Positions 13,800-26,116 of a stretch of DNA of 64,000 nt are shown piece after piece (the first letter of the stretch is position 1; each line of letters opens with the position of its first letter). Position numbers and translations under genes: made by a program. Source of the stretch: the human T2T-CHM13v2.0 reference genome, Homo sapiens; the NCBI RefSeq assembly GCF_009914755.1, contig NC_060926.1. One strand, 5' to 3'. Below the pieces are notes generated by a model. That model was not told where the DNA came from and ran no database searches. It saw only the letters and a list, made by a program, of their open reading frames with translations.

Positions 13800-16119
13800 A
13801 CTCAATAAAGCACATCTCCCAGCCCAATAGCCCAATGTTCTTCTTCCCCACGTTTATCTGGGTACAAAGGGCAAAGACCCAAGGGGCCAAGAGGAACAAA
13901 GATGCTTAAGTCTGCTTTTCTCCTCTGCTTATCCCCATTCTTCTTCCCACTCTTACTTGGCCCAGAGGGGCAGGCCTTTCCTTTTATTCAGCATGTCCTC
14001 CCCCTAGCCTAAGGTTGCAACCTCAAGGTTTAGCCACCATGGCAAAAGGGGCAACTTCTTTGCATATGGAAGCACCTCAATGATCTAAATTCTACAAATG
14101 TAGTGGCTCGTCAACTGTGGGTTCACTTGCAGCTAGGGATTTCCAAGGATAAAAATGGTTGATCTGAGATCTCGGAATGTATCCTTATTGAATTTAGTTT
14201 TCCTCAGCAATCCCTGTGCCTCCTAGCCTTAATACCCACACAACCACACCCAGTCATGCGCACATAATGGACACACACATATACGCACACTCCTTCTTAC
14301 TTCAGATAAGGGAAAACGGTAGCACTGAGATTCAGATTATCCTGGTTTACTAACAGACCAAGGAACAGGGTGAATCCTCAAATCCTTTTCTAGAAAATCT
14401 ATCATCATGATAAAGTCATAAAAAAACATGGAGATGATTGGTTTATTCCATTATTATTTATTTTGAACCTTAGGACTTAAAATATTCCACTGTATGTCAA
14501 AAATTCTATCAAATATCTCTACACAATGGTAAAATTAAACTCCAAAGCACACGAATACACACACATAGAATTTTTTATAACTAGATCTCAAATTAATATG
14601 TTTTCAAATTCCATTACCTTATTAATTATATCTATGAACTCCCAGTTAAACCTATGCATATCTTCAGTTATGTCCTGGTTATACCCCAGTTATACACATA
14701 GTAGGCTCTTAAAAAATGTGTGATGAATGAAATTGAACCCTCGAGGCAATGCCATAGGGAAGAACTCACATCAGTGACAAAGCTTGCCCCTCCTGTAGTT
14801 TCTAGCAATATGGAAACAAACCTCTTAATCATAAGGCACTTTGGGAGAATTTTTTTTTTTTCTCAGCCATTTATTTACCAGCTCACTCCTCATCATTGTG
14901 TGTGGAATACACAGCATTGTGGAGAGATTTATGGGACAGATTTTAATCTCAGCTGCAGGGCATGCATCAGTGCTTATCTCCAAATGGAGGTGTGTTTTAT
15001 GTGGTCATTGTTTCATGTGATCACAGGCCAGCCAAATGACTGCATACCTGAAACCCAGGAGTGAGAGCACCTAGTGGGAGGAGAGGAGGAGCTGCAACAG
15101 GGGGGAAAGAGGTTCGTTACGGACTCTTAAGCCACGGCACGTAAATCCAATTAATCTCAAAAACAGTTGGTGGAAACAAGGAACTTGGGCCTGAGATGTG
15201 AAAATCTCACAGGTGCAACAGATTCCCTAAGCCATGGTGCTTCCCCAGATATGAGCTTGCCTCAATCAAGGAAACATTGAAGCCAAATTCTTTCCTGGAA
15301 ACCTGAACCCACCCCCCAACCCCCAACCCCTTCCTCTGCATTCCAGGCTGAGAGAAGAGCTTCCTGCACCGAACTGAAAGGTCCACACGATGTAGTTTAA
15401 AGTTGCCACCGGAGTCTCAGTGACCTCTCCCTGCCCTTAGAGGCCCAGCCAAGCTGGCTTTCTCATCAGGGCCCCAGGGAGGAGTGGTGCATGGCTCCAC
15501 TGGCAGCAGCTCCTATTACAGGGCCAAGGAAGGCCTTACTTAATGTCCCCCCTGGGAGTCTTTGACACTTGATCCTCAGTCACTGTCTTCCACTGACCTA
15601 ATGGGCCGGAATAAGTCTTTCAGATTGAAAAAATATTTTTGAACTTGAGAGCTCATATGTTTTCTTCCAGAGAAGGCCCATTCTAATCAACCCAAGAGGC
15701 CCTTGACTGTGTTCATTTGTCCATTCACTCTTTCAGTATCGATTAATGGCCTATATTACAGGTAGGGTACATGAAACTAATTAAAGAACGGAACTCTCCT
15801 AGAGGTTTGTGTTTATTTTTGCCCAAATTGCCTTCAAAGGAGTTAGAAGATGATATAAGTAGACAACTGCCCAAACACAGCTTTAAAAGAGAACTAGGGC
15901 AGGGTCACTCCGCTCCGCACCCACCTAGGTTTGGAGGTGAGGAGCGTGACTAAGTGAAAAGGCAACCCGCCCATCACAGACCACTTCCCCTGCCGACCCA
16001 CAATCATAAATCAGGAAACAGATCACAGCCTAGGGAGGTTCAAGAAAGTCAGGGGGATATTACAGCCAGGCAGCCCACGCTGGTCCTGCCCACCCCTTTC
16101 TGTACTGTGTGTGAGAATG

Positions 16120-16521
16120 TGTAGTGAATGGAATTGTGTCTCCCCAAAATTCATGTCCTCCTGAAACCTCAGAATGTGGCCATATTTGGAAATAGAGAGT
16201 ATTTGCAGATGTAGTTAGTTAAGGATCTCAAGATGAAATGGCATTCTTATAAGAAGAGAGGACACAGACACACAGAGAAGAAGATGATCACATTGGAGTG
16301 ATGTGTCTGCAAGTTGAGGAATGACAAGTATTTCTAAAAATCACCAGAATTTGGGAGAAAGGAATGGGACAGTCTCTCCCATAAAGACTCCAGAGGGAAC
16401 CAGCCCCACCAATATGGTGAGCCCTGATTTCTAAATTCCAGAACCACGAGAGAATAAATTTCTGTTGTTCTAAAACACTTTTTCTGGTAATTCGTTGCCA
16501 CAGCCCTTGGAAATCAATATA
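16120..16521 (+). mobile_element. MaLR solo LTR (MLT1B/C-like)
   Basis: TGTAGTGAATGG...CCTCAGAATGTGGCCATATTTGGAAATAG...GAGAATAAATTTCTGTTGTT. Confidence 0.8.
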
Positions 16522-16678
16522 ATATGTGAGCTGCCAATCTTCCTCTCCATGACATCTTCCTTCCTCCTGCCATTGCCTTCCTCTGAACAGTTCCTGCCAT
16601 TTAAGCTCCAGACACCCTATTCTGGGACTAGAGGAGGGTAGGGGACAAAAGACAGATGACCGTCCCAATTTCCCTGCT

Positions 16679-16882
16679 CAGTGGTGTGGAGGAGCCAGGC
16701 GGCACTGGTTTGCAAGAGCCAACGGTATACATCTCTTCCCAAATCCATGTTCAGTGACATCATGTCGGTACCTTGAAATCAGCCATGGTGGGAGTATTTA
16801 CACCAGGAAAATTGCAAACACTACACATCAGGGCTTTTTTCCCCAGACAGCCAATTATTAAACATTTACCGGCACACCACTG
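16679..16882. mobile_element. MER63A-like hAT-Blackjack element, complete
   Basis: TIRs CAGTGGTGTG / CACACCACTG; 8-bp TSD TCCCTGCT (16671-78) / TCCCTGCC (16883-90). Confidence 0.85.
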
Positions 16883-17599
16883 TCCCTGCCTGTGTTCAGC
16901 TACTTCACCAACTCTCTTCATAGCTCCAACTGTTCCACTTGTGCCAGAGGATGAGAAGCCAGGAGGATGGAACTCATGTTACTCTAAGCAAAGCCACAAC
17001 CTTCTCCTTACTACTAAGGCCATCATTTAGCTCCATTTTTCCTCTGAGCTCTGATCATTACTGTGTATTATTGTGTATGAAGTCAACGCCCCACAGGCAT
17101 TTGATTATTTATAACTTCAGAAAGTTTCTTTTGCACAGTAATTTGCCAGGCTTTCATCTGCAGCAGCCAGCATTTGATAGAAATATGGAAAATGGCCTGA
17201 ACCTTAAATGGCAAACAGATGAGGAGGTCCAATGAAAATCACACATGTTTGAAGACCATGTGTTTTCCCATGAAATATATATTGGATTTTTAATTGATGT
17301 GGACTTTAGCTCATGGTAACTTTGTCAGCTATCTGAATTAGTGGGTTACAAGAAATACTAAAGAAAGGAATGTGATCAAGGTAAACCCTAGAGAAAACCT
17401 GACCCTGAGTGACCTCTCCTTACCCCAGGGCCCTCTCCCCACCCCAGGGCCCTCTCCCCAACCTGGTTTCCAGGATCTTGTTGAAAATGAAGCATTCTCT
17501 CGTCCATTCTGTCTCTTTGAACACAGTGGAACGTGAGAAGCTCTGCCTTTTGTAGGATCCAATAGTGTAGGATCCTTATAAAACATTGCAGCATTCCTA

Positions 17600-17985
17600 T
17601 TTTAGGTGGTCATTAATGCTGTCCTCCAAAAATTCCGTTTTCCATGTTTGGAGCATATGTAGGTTTTGTATCTCCTCACTCCCTCTGGTTGGATAGGCCT
17701 AAGGATCTAGTTCTGGTTAAGAAGTTAGAAGAGACCATGACTCTTGTCATTTTCTAGGCCAGCACAATTAATTTCCTGTTTAATACCTCCCAGAACTTTT
17801 TTTTCCTCTGGCAGAATGACATAAGACATTAGAGACGGTAGCTACCCCATCAGCCTGGGTTCTGGTTGACTATTAAACACACACACCCCAACTCCAAGAC
17901 CTGAAATAATTATGTAAGCACAAAAGATATAACCCTGTGCTACTGAGGACACTGAGATTTAAAGGCTCAGCCTACCCTGTTAGTG
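17600..17985 (+). mobile_element. Old MaLR LTR (MLT1J-like)
   Basis: Degenerate similarity (GGTGGTCATTAATGCTGTCCTCCAAAA...CATCAGCCTGGGTTCT...CACTGAGATTT). Confidence 0.4.
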
Positions 17986-18089
17986 CTTCCCTCCTTGTTA
18001 GTATACCAGGGTTCAAACAGTGCTGGTCTCAGCTTCAATCAGAGCTCAGGAAATGAGTATACTGAGATCACAGACCCAGACTACTTTAA

Positions 18090-18545
18090 AAATCATGGAC
18101 AGCGAGACCTGAAATAGACCTTACAAATTACCCAGGCCGGTCCCTTTATTTAGCCCACAGGAATCTGAGGCCCAGAGTGGGGACATTTCTTGCTTTATAT
18201 CATCCAGCTACTTAGTGGTGCTTTTCATTATCCTTCTTCTTCTGCTAAGGAAGCTGATCTGATCACAGTTTCTCTGGGTTTCAGGATCCTCGTGCTATAA
18301 TCCTGCTTAGAAGTTTCATGTTTGAAAGGACAGGCTCTGCAGTCAGACTGAGTAGGCTTGACTCAACTCTGCAACTTACCAGCTGTGAGCCTCACCCAAG
18401 TTCCTTAAAGATTTGCAGGCCTCATGTTCAACATCTGCTGAGTGGAGATGGTAACAGGCTTGTGACGACGTCTAAGTGAGATCTACTTGGGTTGCTTAGC
18501 ACGGTGCCTGGAACATGCAAAAGCTCAGTCAACATTCCCTGTTGT
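18090..18545. mobile_element. Two MIR copies (- at ~18090-18220, + at ~18325-18545)
   Basis: GAATCTGAGGCCCAGAG; GGCTCTGCAGTCAGACTG...CTTACCAGCTGTGAG...AGCACGGTGCCTGGAACAT. Confidence 0.65.
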
Positions 18546-19313
18546 TACCTTCACAGGGTTCCTTCTGCATGCCACCCCCAGGGAGGGGCACTGGGACAAC
18601 TGAGAATGCTGATTTAGTCCTTGCAAAGTATCCCCCAAAAAGAGGGGGTTTGCCTTTCCTAGAAACTAAAATGTGCTAAGCAGATGCTATGTACTGTGCT
18701 ATTATTTGGATAACTCCAAACTTTGTGATTCATTGAGAATGGTTGATTGTTTTGCCGAAATTATTTGGACAATTACCTCAGCTCTCCCTTTGCTTTAGAT
18801 GAAAAGCCCAGGGCAATAACAACTGATTTATCAGACTTCATCTTCCCAGGAGACTGTAAGTCCTGTTTTAGCATCAAAAAGAGGAAGACATCCCCCAGCA
18901 AGATGGCAAAGGCCCAGGAAAGAATAAAATTGCTCCTCTGAACCTCGTTTGATCCTAAAATGCCAACTCAAGAACTGTTACTCAGGTAACAGCACGTGGC
19001 TGTGTGTGTGGTTTGAATATCAGCAGGGAGGGCTTCCAAATTACAAAACACAATAAGCATTTGCAAGACAATTTCCTTATTTACTTTCTCTCCCTGGGTC
19101 CCCGGTGAGCTAATGACCATGTCCAGAATGCTTTTGGCAAAAGAACAGTGCCAGCGCTGGGCTTCAACCACCGGAACCTAGCCATGGGTTACCACTTAAA
19201 GATCATTGAAAAACACAAACCCACCCCCTCTAAAGGAGTTTTGCCTTCTAGAGAAAATTCGTTTAAAATGAGCAAAAGGCTTCTCATTCCAGTTGGAAGT
19301 AAGATTGAATTGT

Positions 19314-19622
19314 GGTCGGGAGCAGTGGCTCACACCTGTAATCCCAGCACTTTAGGAGGCCGAGGCAGGAGGATCACCAGAGGTCAGGAGTTCGAGATCA
19401 GCCTGGCCAACATGGTGAAACTCCATCTCTACCAAAAATACAAAAATTAGCCAGGCTTGGTGGCGGGTGCCTGTAATCCCAGCTACTCAGGAGGCTAAGG
19501 CAGGAGAATCACTTGAACCTGGGAGGCGGAGTTGCAGTGAGCCTAGATCATGTCATTGCGCTCCAGCCCGGGTGACAAGAGTAAGACTCCATCTCAAAAA
19601 AAAAAGAAGAAAAAAAAAAAAA
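19314..19622 (+). mobile_element. AluS
   Basis: Full Alu; TSD AAGA(C)TTGAATTGT on both sides. Confidence 0.95.
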
Positions 19623-19716
19623 GACTTGAATTGTAAGAAACACTGAGAAAGGTAATGTCTAAATGTTCTGTGATACTGAATATCTTCATTAATTTTCTGT
19701 CTCCATTCTGATATGA

Positions 19717-19764
19717 GAAACCTGCACGGGTACCCCTATACTTAAAATAAAATTTAAAAAAAAA
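19717..19764 (+). mobile_element. Extreme 3' tip of a primate L1 (~45 bp)
   Basis: AAACCTGCACGGGTACCCCTATACTTAAAATAAAA plus A tail. Confidence 0.6.
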
Positions 19765-19909
19765 TGGTCCCTGAGTGTAAGCAGACTGCAGACTCTCCTG
19801 AAGGAGAGAGCTGTATGTGAATTGGGGATAGGGAAGGAAGAAAGGGCCCATAGAAAGGCACAGGCGGGGCTGGTGTGGTAGATTATTTTTACTGACTTCA
19901 CAATTTCTC

Positions 19910-20303
<394 letters not shown>

Positions 20304-20649
20304 CTATATGGCATTCTGAGACTTTTTACTAACCCCAGGGCAGAAGAAACCACTGAGCCATAGGCCAGATGAGATTATTATAAGGCAGGACCAGGAACCA
20401 GAGGAGGAAGCCTGTGTCCAGCAAGGCCTATTTGACAATCTGTTTTCCCAGCTTATATCAACGGCTTCCTCCAAGGTATCATTCCTGCAGACAGTTGGAT
20501 TTCAAGGCCAAAAAAGTGTTCTCGGATCTCAAGCAGTAGAGAGATAGAACTTGGTGGTACACCAGAAGGCAGAAGGTGTGTTTGTTTACACTAACATGCT
20601 ACAGATTTGATGCCATGGCATTTTGATTTTCTCAGAGAGGACAGTGCTT

Positions 20650-20933
20650 GCCTATGAGTCAGCCAGGTCAGGCTTAGCTGATCTTGGCTGGGCTCATTCA
20701 TGCATTTGTGTTCAGCTAGTGGGACTACTGGTGTTTGGCTGGCCAATGAGGGCTCAACTGGGAGAACCTGGCTTTACCCATGTTTCCCACATTTCTTCAG
20801 AAGGCTAGCTCAAGTGTGCTCTCATGTGAGTGGCACAGGTGCAAGAGAAAAAAAGGAAATATACAAGTACTTTTTCAAGTCTCCACTTAAATCAAGTTTG
20901 CTATTGTCCCACTGGCCAATGCAAGTCATGTGG
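20650..20933 (-). mobile_element. Old MLT1 LTR interrupted by a younger MaLR LTR
   Basis: GGCTTAGCTGATCTTGGCTGGGCTCA...TCCCACTGGCCAATGCAAGTCA; appears to resume after 21339. Confidence 0.55.
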
Positions 20934-21334
20934 TGCTATGGTTTGAATGTGTCCCCCAAAGTTCACATGTTGGAAATTTAATCCGCAATGCAACAGTGTA
21001 AAAGGTGGGACATTTAAGAGGTGATTAGGTCATGAGGGCTCTGCTCTTATGAATGGTTTAGTGCCATTATTGCAGGAATGGGTTCATTATTACAGGAGTG
21101 ATGTCCTCATAAAGGATGAGTTTGATCCCCTTTTCTCCCTCTCTCTCTCTCTCTCCCTCTCTCTCGCTCGCTCACTCGCTATATGATGCAGCAAGAAGGC
21201 CCTTACCAGATGCAGACCCTCAATCTGATCTTGGACTTCCCAGCCTCTAAAACCATGAGCCAAATAAACTTCTATTGTTCATAAATTACCAGTCAGTGGT
21301 ATTCTGTTATAGCTGCACAGAATGGACTAAGACA
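20934..21334 (+). mobile_element. MaLR solo LTR (MST/MLT1A-like)
   Basis: TGCTATGGTTTGAATGTGTCCCCCAAA...AATAAA...GGACTAAGACA; internal (TC)n at ~21135-21180. Confidence 0.85.
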
Positions 21335-21519
21335 CACAGGCAAGCTAAGAATTAGGTAAGAGGAGTCTGCAAACTTACAGGGCAAAAGGCATAGAGACTG
21401 TAAGGACATTAATTATGACCATTAATAAATCAATCAATAGCATATATCTTTCATATGGGAAAACTCTCTCAAATGTCTTATGATCTTTGACTGTCCATTC
21501 ATATGTTATAAGAGTGAGG

Positions 21520-22200
21520 CAATGGAAAGTCACCTGAAAATTTGCAAGGGGATGAGGGTAGGTGCAAGGCTTGTTGACAGCAGGAGATTGCTGTAGGATA
21601 ATCAGAAAAGAATTGGCCTTTTCATTAGAGGTCTCCATATGTCACTATATGGGTCTCTTTTTGAGGAAGTTTAGTTTCTCCAGAGAAAAACACTCTGATC
21701 TCCTCCCTAGGGTGAGGTCTAGCCCCTGATAATTTTTAGAGAAAGTCAGAGGGAGGGGCTGTCAGTGATGCAGTTCAATATATAGATATTCACAGAAAAC
21801 TCTAGTTTTCAGCCCTGAGCCTCACCTCTGCCCTCTGCTATGCCCAGCATCCCAGAGTCCAGAGCCTCTCAGATTCCTTTTTGCCAGAGATTAAATATAG
21901 GTGGGATGGGTGAAGGAAAGGGTATAGTGAGAATGAAAGTGGCATGAGGGAGTTGGTCAGCTATGCTGGATTGGTGAGCAAGTGTTGGGATGGGTCATGG
22001 TCCAACTGCTTGTGCTCAGACTTTCACCCAGCTCCCCCACGTCACTTCATGGCGCTTGGTGCCTCCCAGCACTGAGCCTCCTGGGCTTCTCTCTGCAGGT
22101 AGAGACTCCTTTCTCTATAAACAATGAAGCTCCCAATTTAATGTGGCTGCTGCCAGGGAACCTGCATGAGGCTTCGGGAAGGAGGGTGCAAATGACTCAT
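21520..22200 (-). mobile_element. HAL1/L1 5'-region-like ancient relic
   Basis: TTCTCCAGAGAAAAACACTCTGATCTCC and CCCAGAGTCCAGAGCCTCTC resemble HAL1 antisense; highly diverged. Confidence 0.4.
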
Positions 22201-22789
22201 GTTTTTAATATTTTACTACTAACTGATCTTAAAGGTCATACCTATGTGTTTCTATGCTCAACATAAATTTAATTTTAAAAGAAAGTTACTCATGAGAGAA
22301 AGAAGAGTTTTGACATTTTTGCTTGGGATCAGAATTCCTGTCTGAACCACTGGGTTAGGCCAGATTGTTTGGAACTGACTGGTGCACAGCTCATGTCACC
22401 TGCCACTCACCACCCACATGTTCAGCAGCATCCACACTGGTCTGTACCCATTCAACAGGCTCATGCACTTGGATGTCACAGCAATGCCCAGTAGATGTAC
22501 ACATCTCTAAACACTTCTCAGTCTCTGTATTTATCTTGACACAGACCAACGACAAAGAGTTCACAGACTGGCATCAGTAAGTAGTCCACGTGTAATTTTT
22601 TTAAGACTATTTTCTGTCAGAGGGAAGTTGAGGACCTAAATATCACTTTAGATCTAAGACAGTTACAGTTTTTCTCTATTGGTTTTCAAAAACTATGTCT
22701 TTATCTATTGCATACTGACCTACTTCATGGGTTAATAACCACACCCACAGGTCTTTCTGAGACATTCTTCTGCCTTAGAGAATTAACTC

Positions 22790-22915
22790 AAACTCCTCAT
22801 TTTACACATGAAGATGCTGAAAGCCAAAGAGGTGAAGTGACTTTCCCAAAATTCCACAGTTGGTTTGTTGCAAATTTCTGAATCCAGCTTGATGTCTTTG
22901 TCCATGACTCCAATG
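22790..22915 (-). mobile_element. MIR
   Basis: CTCATTTTACACATGAAG...AGAGGTGAAGTGACTTTCCCAA. Confidence 0.65.
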
Positions 22916-23046
22916 TGACCCGATATAGAAACATGTAATCTAGTCATTAAAAAAAAAAAAAAAAGTCTGTTTCAGAAGAATCTAAGATGACTTTTGGTAA
23001 TGCTAATTGTCTTAACTTCCAACTATCGCTTAAGAATGGAGCTGCC

Positions 23047-23358
<312 letters not shown>

Positions 23359-23649
23359 TAAGAATAGAGCTGCCAAAGTTGCATTTGGCATGTACAGGAG
23401 CGTGCACTTCTCCAGTGGCCCACAAGTTCCAGTCTGACAGGCAGCAGTACTGCAGGGTACAGGGAAGCCAGGCTCATGAGGACAGAACTCCCCTGGCAGA
23501 GTAGACACAGACTCTCAACAACAGGCACAAAGCCATGTTGATCAGAGCCATTGTCCAGGTCGCCAGATCCCACCTGATTACAAAGGCTCTAAACAAGCTA
23601 CAGCACATTCATAGGAGGGCCTGCAGTTCTGAAACAACATCACTGGAGG

Positions 23650-23900
23650 AGAAATAGAAGGAGTAGGAGATGTTCAGGCTGGAGAAGAGAAAATTCAAGG
23701 AGACACAGAGCTGTTAGTAAACATTTGAAGAATTGTCACATGGCAGATGGATTAGACGTATTCCAAGGGACCCCAGAAGTTCATGCTAGGAAATGTCATC
23801 TTAATGTGCAGAAGAGTTTTAAGTAATTTCAGCTGTCTAATGACAGAATGATTGTTTTAAAAGGTTATAAGTGTCCTGTCACCAGAAGTATACAAGTAGA
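23650..23900 (+). mobile_element. L3/CR1 fragment
   Basis: GATGTTCAGGCTGGAGAAGAGAA...AAACATTTGAAGAATTGTCACA typical of the CR1 3' region. Confidence 0.6.
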
Positions 23901-23921
23901 GATATTTAGAGAGATGTCACA

Positions 23922-24099
23922 TATTGCCAGGTAAAATGCAGGATGCCTGCTAAATTTTAATTTCAGATAAATTATAAATACTTTTTTCATAGAAGTATGT
24001 CCCAAATATTACTTACGTGAGAAAAGCATTTATGGTTTATCTGAAATTTGAATTTAACTTGGTTTCTCCTATTGCCACTTGCTAACTCTAGTCACCCTA
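23922..24099. mobile_element. MER53 (palindromic hAT element)
   Basis: TTGCCAGGTAAAATGCAGGATGCC...TTTCAGATAAA...AAGTATGTCCCAAATATT...TTTATCTGAAATTTGAATTTAAC...CACCCTA. Confidence 0.8.
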
Positions 24100-26116
24100 A
24101 GTGTTGAGGAAACAGCCTGGGCTATGATTTTCCCAATCTTTTGAAGATTATAGGAAGGTATGCTGAGACAGCCAGGCTGTTGTTGGTCTAAATGAAAAAC
24201 ATAATTTTTCTAAAGAAAAACTGCCCTCCCGAGTCTCTTAGAGCTAATACAAACTACCCAGCTGTTCCAGTGGGGCTGTCATTACAGAGCTCAATAAAAT
24301 GGATCCTCTTCAGCTCTGGGGGATTGAGAGCTGCAGGGCTTCCTCACGCAACAATGAGGACTTGTCAGTTTTATTTAGTAAACATAATGTTTGACACCAG
24401 GCACTCCCCTCGTTTGTTTATATTTGGCTGCACAGCCAGCCAGGGGCAAGGCCCAGGTCTCCATGATCAGGGATCTTGTTAGAAAATAAGCAAAGACCAT
24501 AGGTGTTCCCTGGAGAAAAGACCTAAGATCCAATCAGAAAAGGATTCATGCAAAACCTCACTGCTCCCATCCAAAACACACAACTCTGCCTGTGCCATCT
24601 CATGGGGAGAAGAGGCCCCATCTTCTGGTCTGTCTCCCCAGCCCCAGCCCTAAACACTGCACCTTCAACTCAAAAATGGAGTCTGTTTCATGGCCTGGCA
24701 GGTCCTGTGTCCGCTGGCTCACCACATTGCCAAGTTAGCGAATCCTGCACTGAAGCAGAAAGTACTGGAGCAGAAATTCTGAATTTCCTGCCTTTCATCA
24801 GTATAAGCCAGATGCTTGCTTCTCACCAGCTCAGCCTACTGAGGGAGGCAGACCATCTCCACTCAGCCAAATTGTGAATGTTTTAAAAGCTTCCAAAGGA
24901 AAATGGTCTTAAAAAAGGAAACAGAAAATGAAGCAAGCCTGGAAACGCCCATCCCATTTCCCTTGGCTCTCCCCGTGTCAAGTCCCTGTTTAAAACTGGT
25001 CTGCTGCACCTGAGCGTCATTCTTCAAAGGACTGATGATAGACACTGTGCATCGCATCTGGTGCTGCGGTAAGCCGACACCACCCAGCTGCTTGGCCTGT
25101 CAACTGGGTGGGCATTCCAGCTCTGAACCCCTCCAGGACATCCCAAAGAACAAAGAGGGTGGCAGTGGAGGAAAGGCCCTGATGGAGAGGAGCTAAAAAG
25201 AGGGGAGGGAGAGGGGAACCAGTCCAACCTGCAAACAACCAAATCTACCATGAAACAGGCAGAATGGGAAATAGGAGAGGGTGGCTCGTGAGGGGCACGT
25301 GATCCAAAAGCCCCATTTTCTGGCTCCATAGCACTAGATGCTGAGCAGCTGGAGTCTAAGCCCATGGACCCCATAGCTCAGACCAAGTTGAAGAGAAGAG
25401 CTGGATGGGCTTGCAAATCAGCAGAGCTGAAAATAGACTGATTCATTTCCCATCTATTCAAGCAGCCAGCTTGGTTCAGCTACAATAGGATGGCTCTGGG
25501 TAGCCGTCCCACAGAAAATAGCTATTTGTCAGCTGCTCAAGAGAGGCCAGGGAGCCAAAAGTCCAACTTTATTCCACTAACCACCTGGAAATGGAAAATG
25601 AATCAGAAAGAAGTTTGAAGTGTATATTTTTGTGCTTTGGTGAGGGACCTGCCCTGAGCAGATAACCTACAAATTCAACAGCAATCCATTCGGACTGGGT
25701 TTCCCAGAGGACATTGCAGAGAAGCAAGTCTTTTAAAGCTGTGATGGTGCCCACAAGTTCTATTCAGCTTCAGCTAGGCCCTTCCAGATGAATCGTCAGA
25801 GAATTCCTGGATCGGATGAAGGAAGCCAGAAGGCTGGGGTTCCTACCGCCTGTTTCGCTAGTGGTACCAAGTTTGGCTAGGAAGTTTCTATACTCATCTC
25901 CTCCCACCCAGCCCCACCCCGAGAAAAACTCTTACTTCACACTTTCCCCCTCCTAGTCATCTTAGCCAGTTAGAAAAGATGATGCTGTCAAAGAAAACAG
26001 CAATCACCACCCCCTGCCTCAGCTTACCACAATTTAGGCCAAAATTAAAATAAGTAGTTTAAAAAGGGAAACAAGAGGGAAAGGATTGATGAGAGATTGA
26101 GGGATAATAAAAGCAG

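Noticed and set aside
15064-15082. CTCF-like site (antisense CCACTAGGTGCTC)
   Set aside because: Lacks the key GGC positions; too weak without ChIP data.
23983-24005. miR-1302-like sequence in MER53 (antisense TTGGGACATACTT)
   Set aside because: The 5' part matches the MER53-derived miRNA as I recall it, but the partner arm of the central stem is deleted, so a pre-miRNA hairpin is unlikely.
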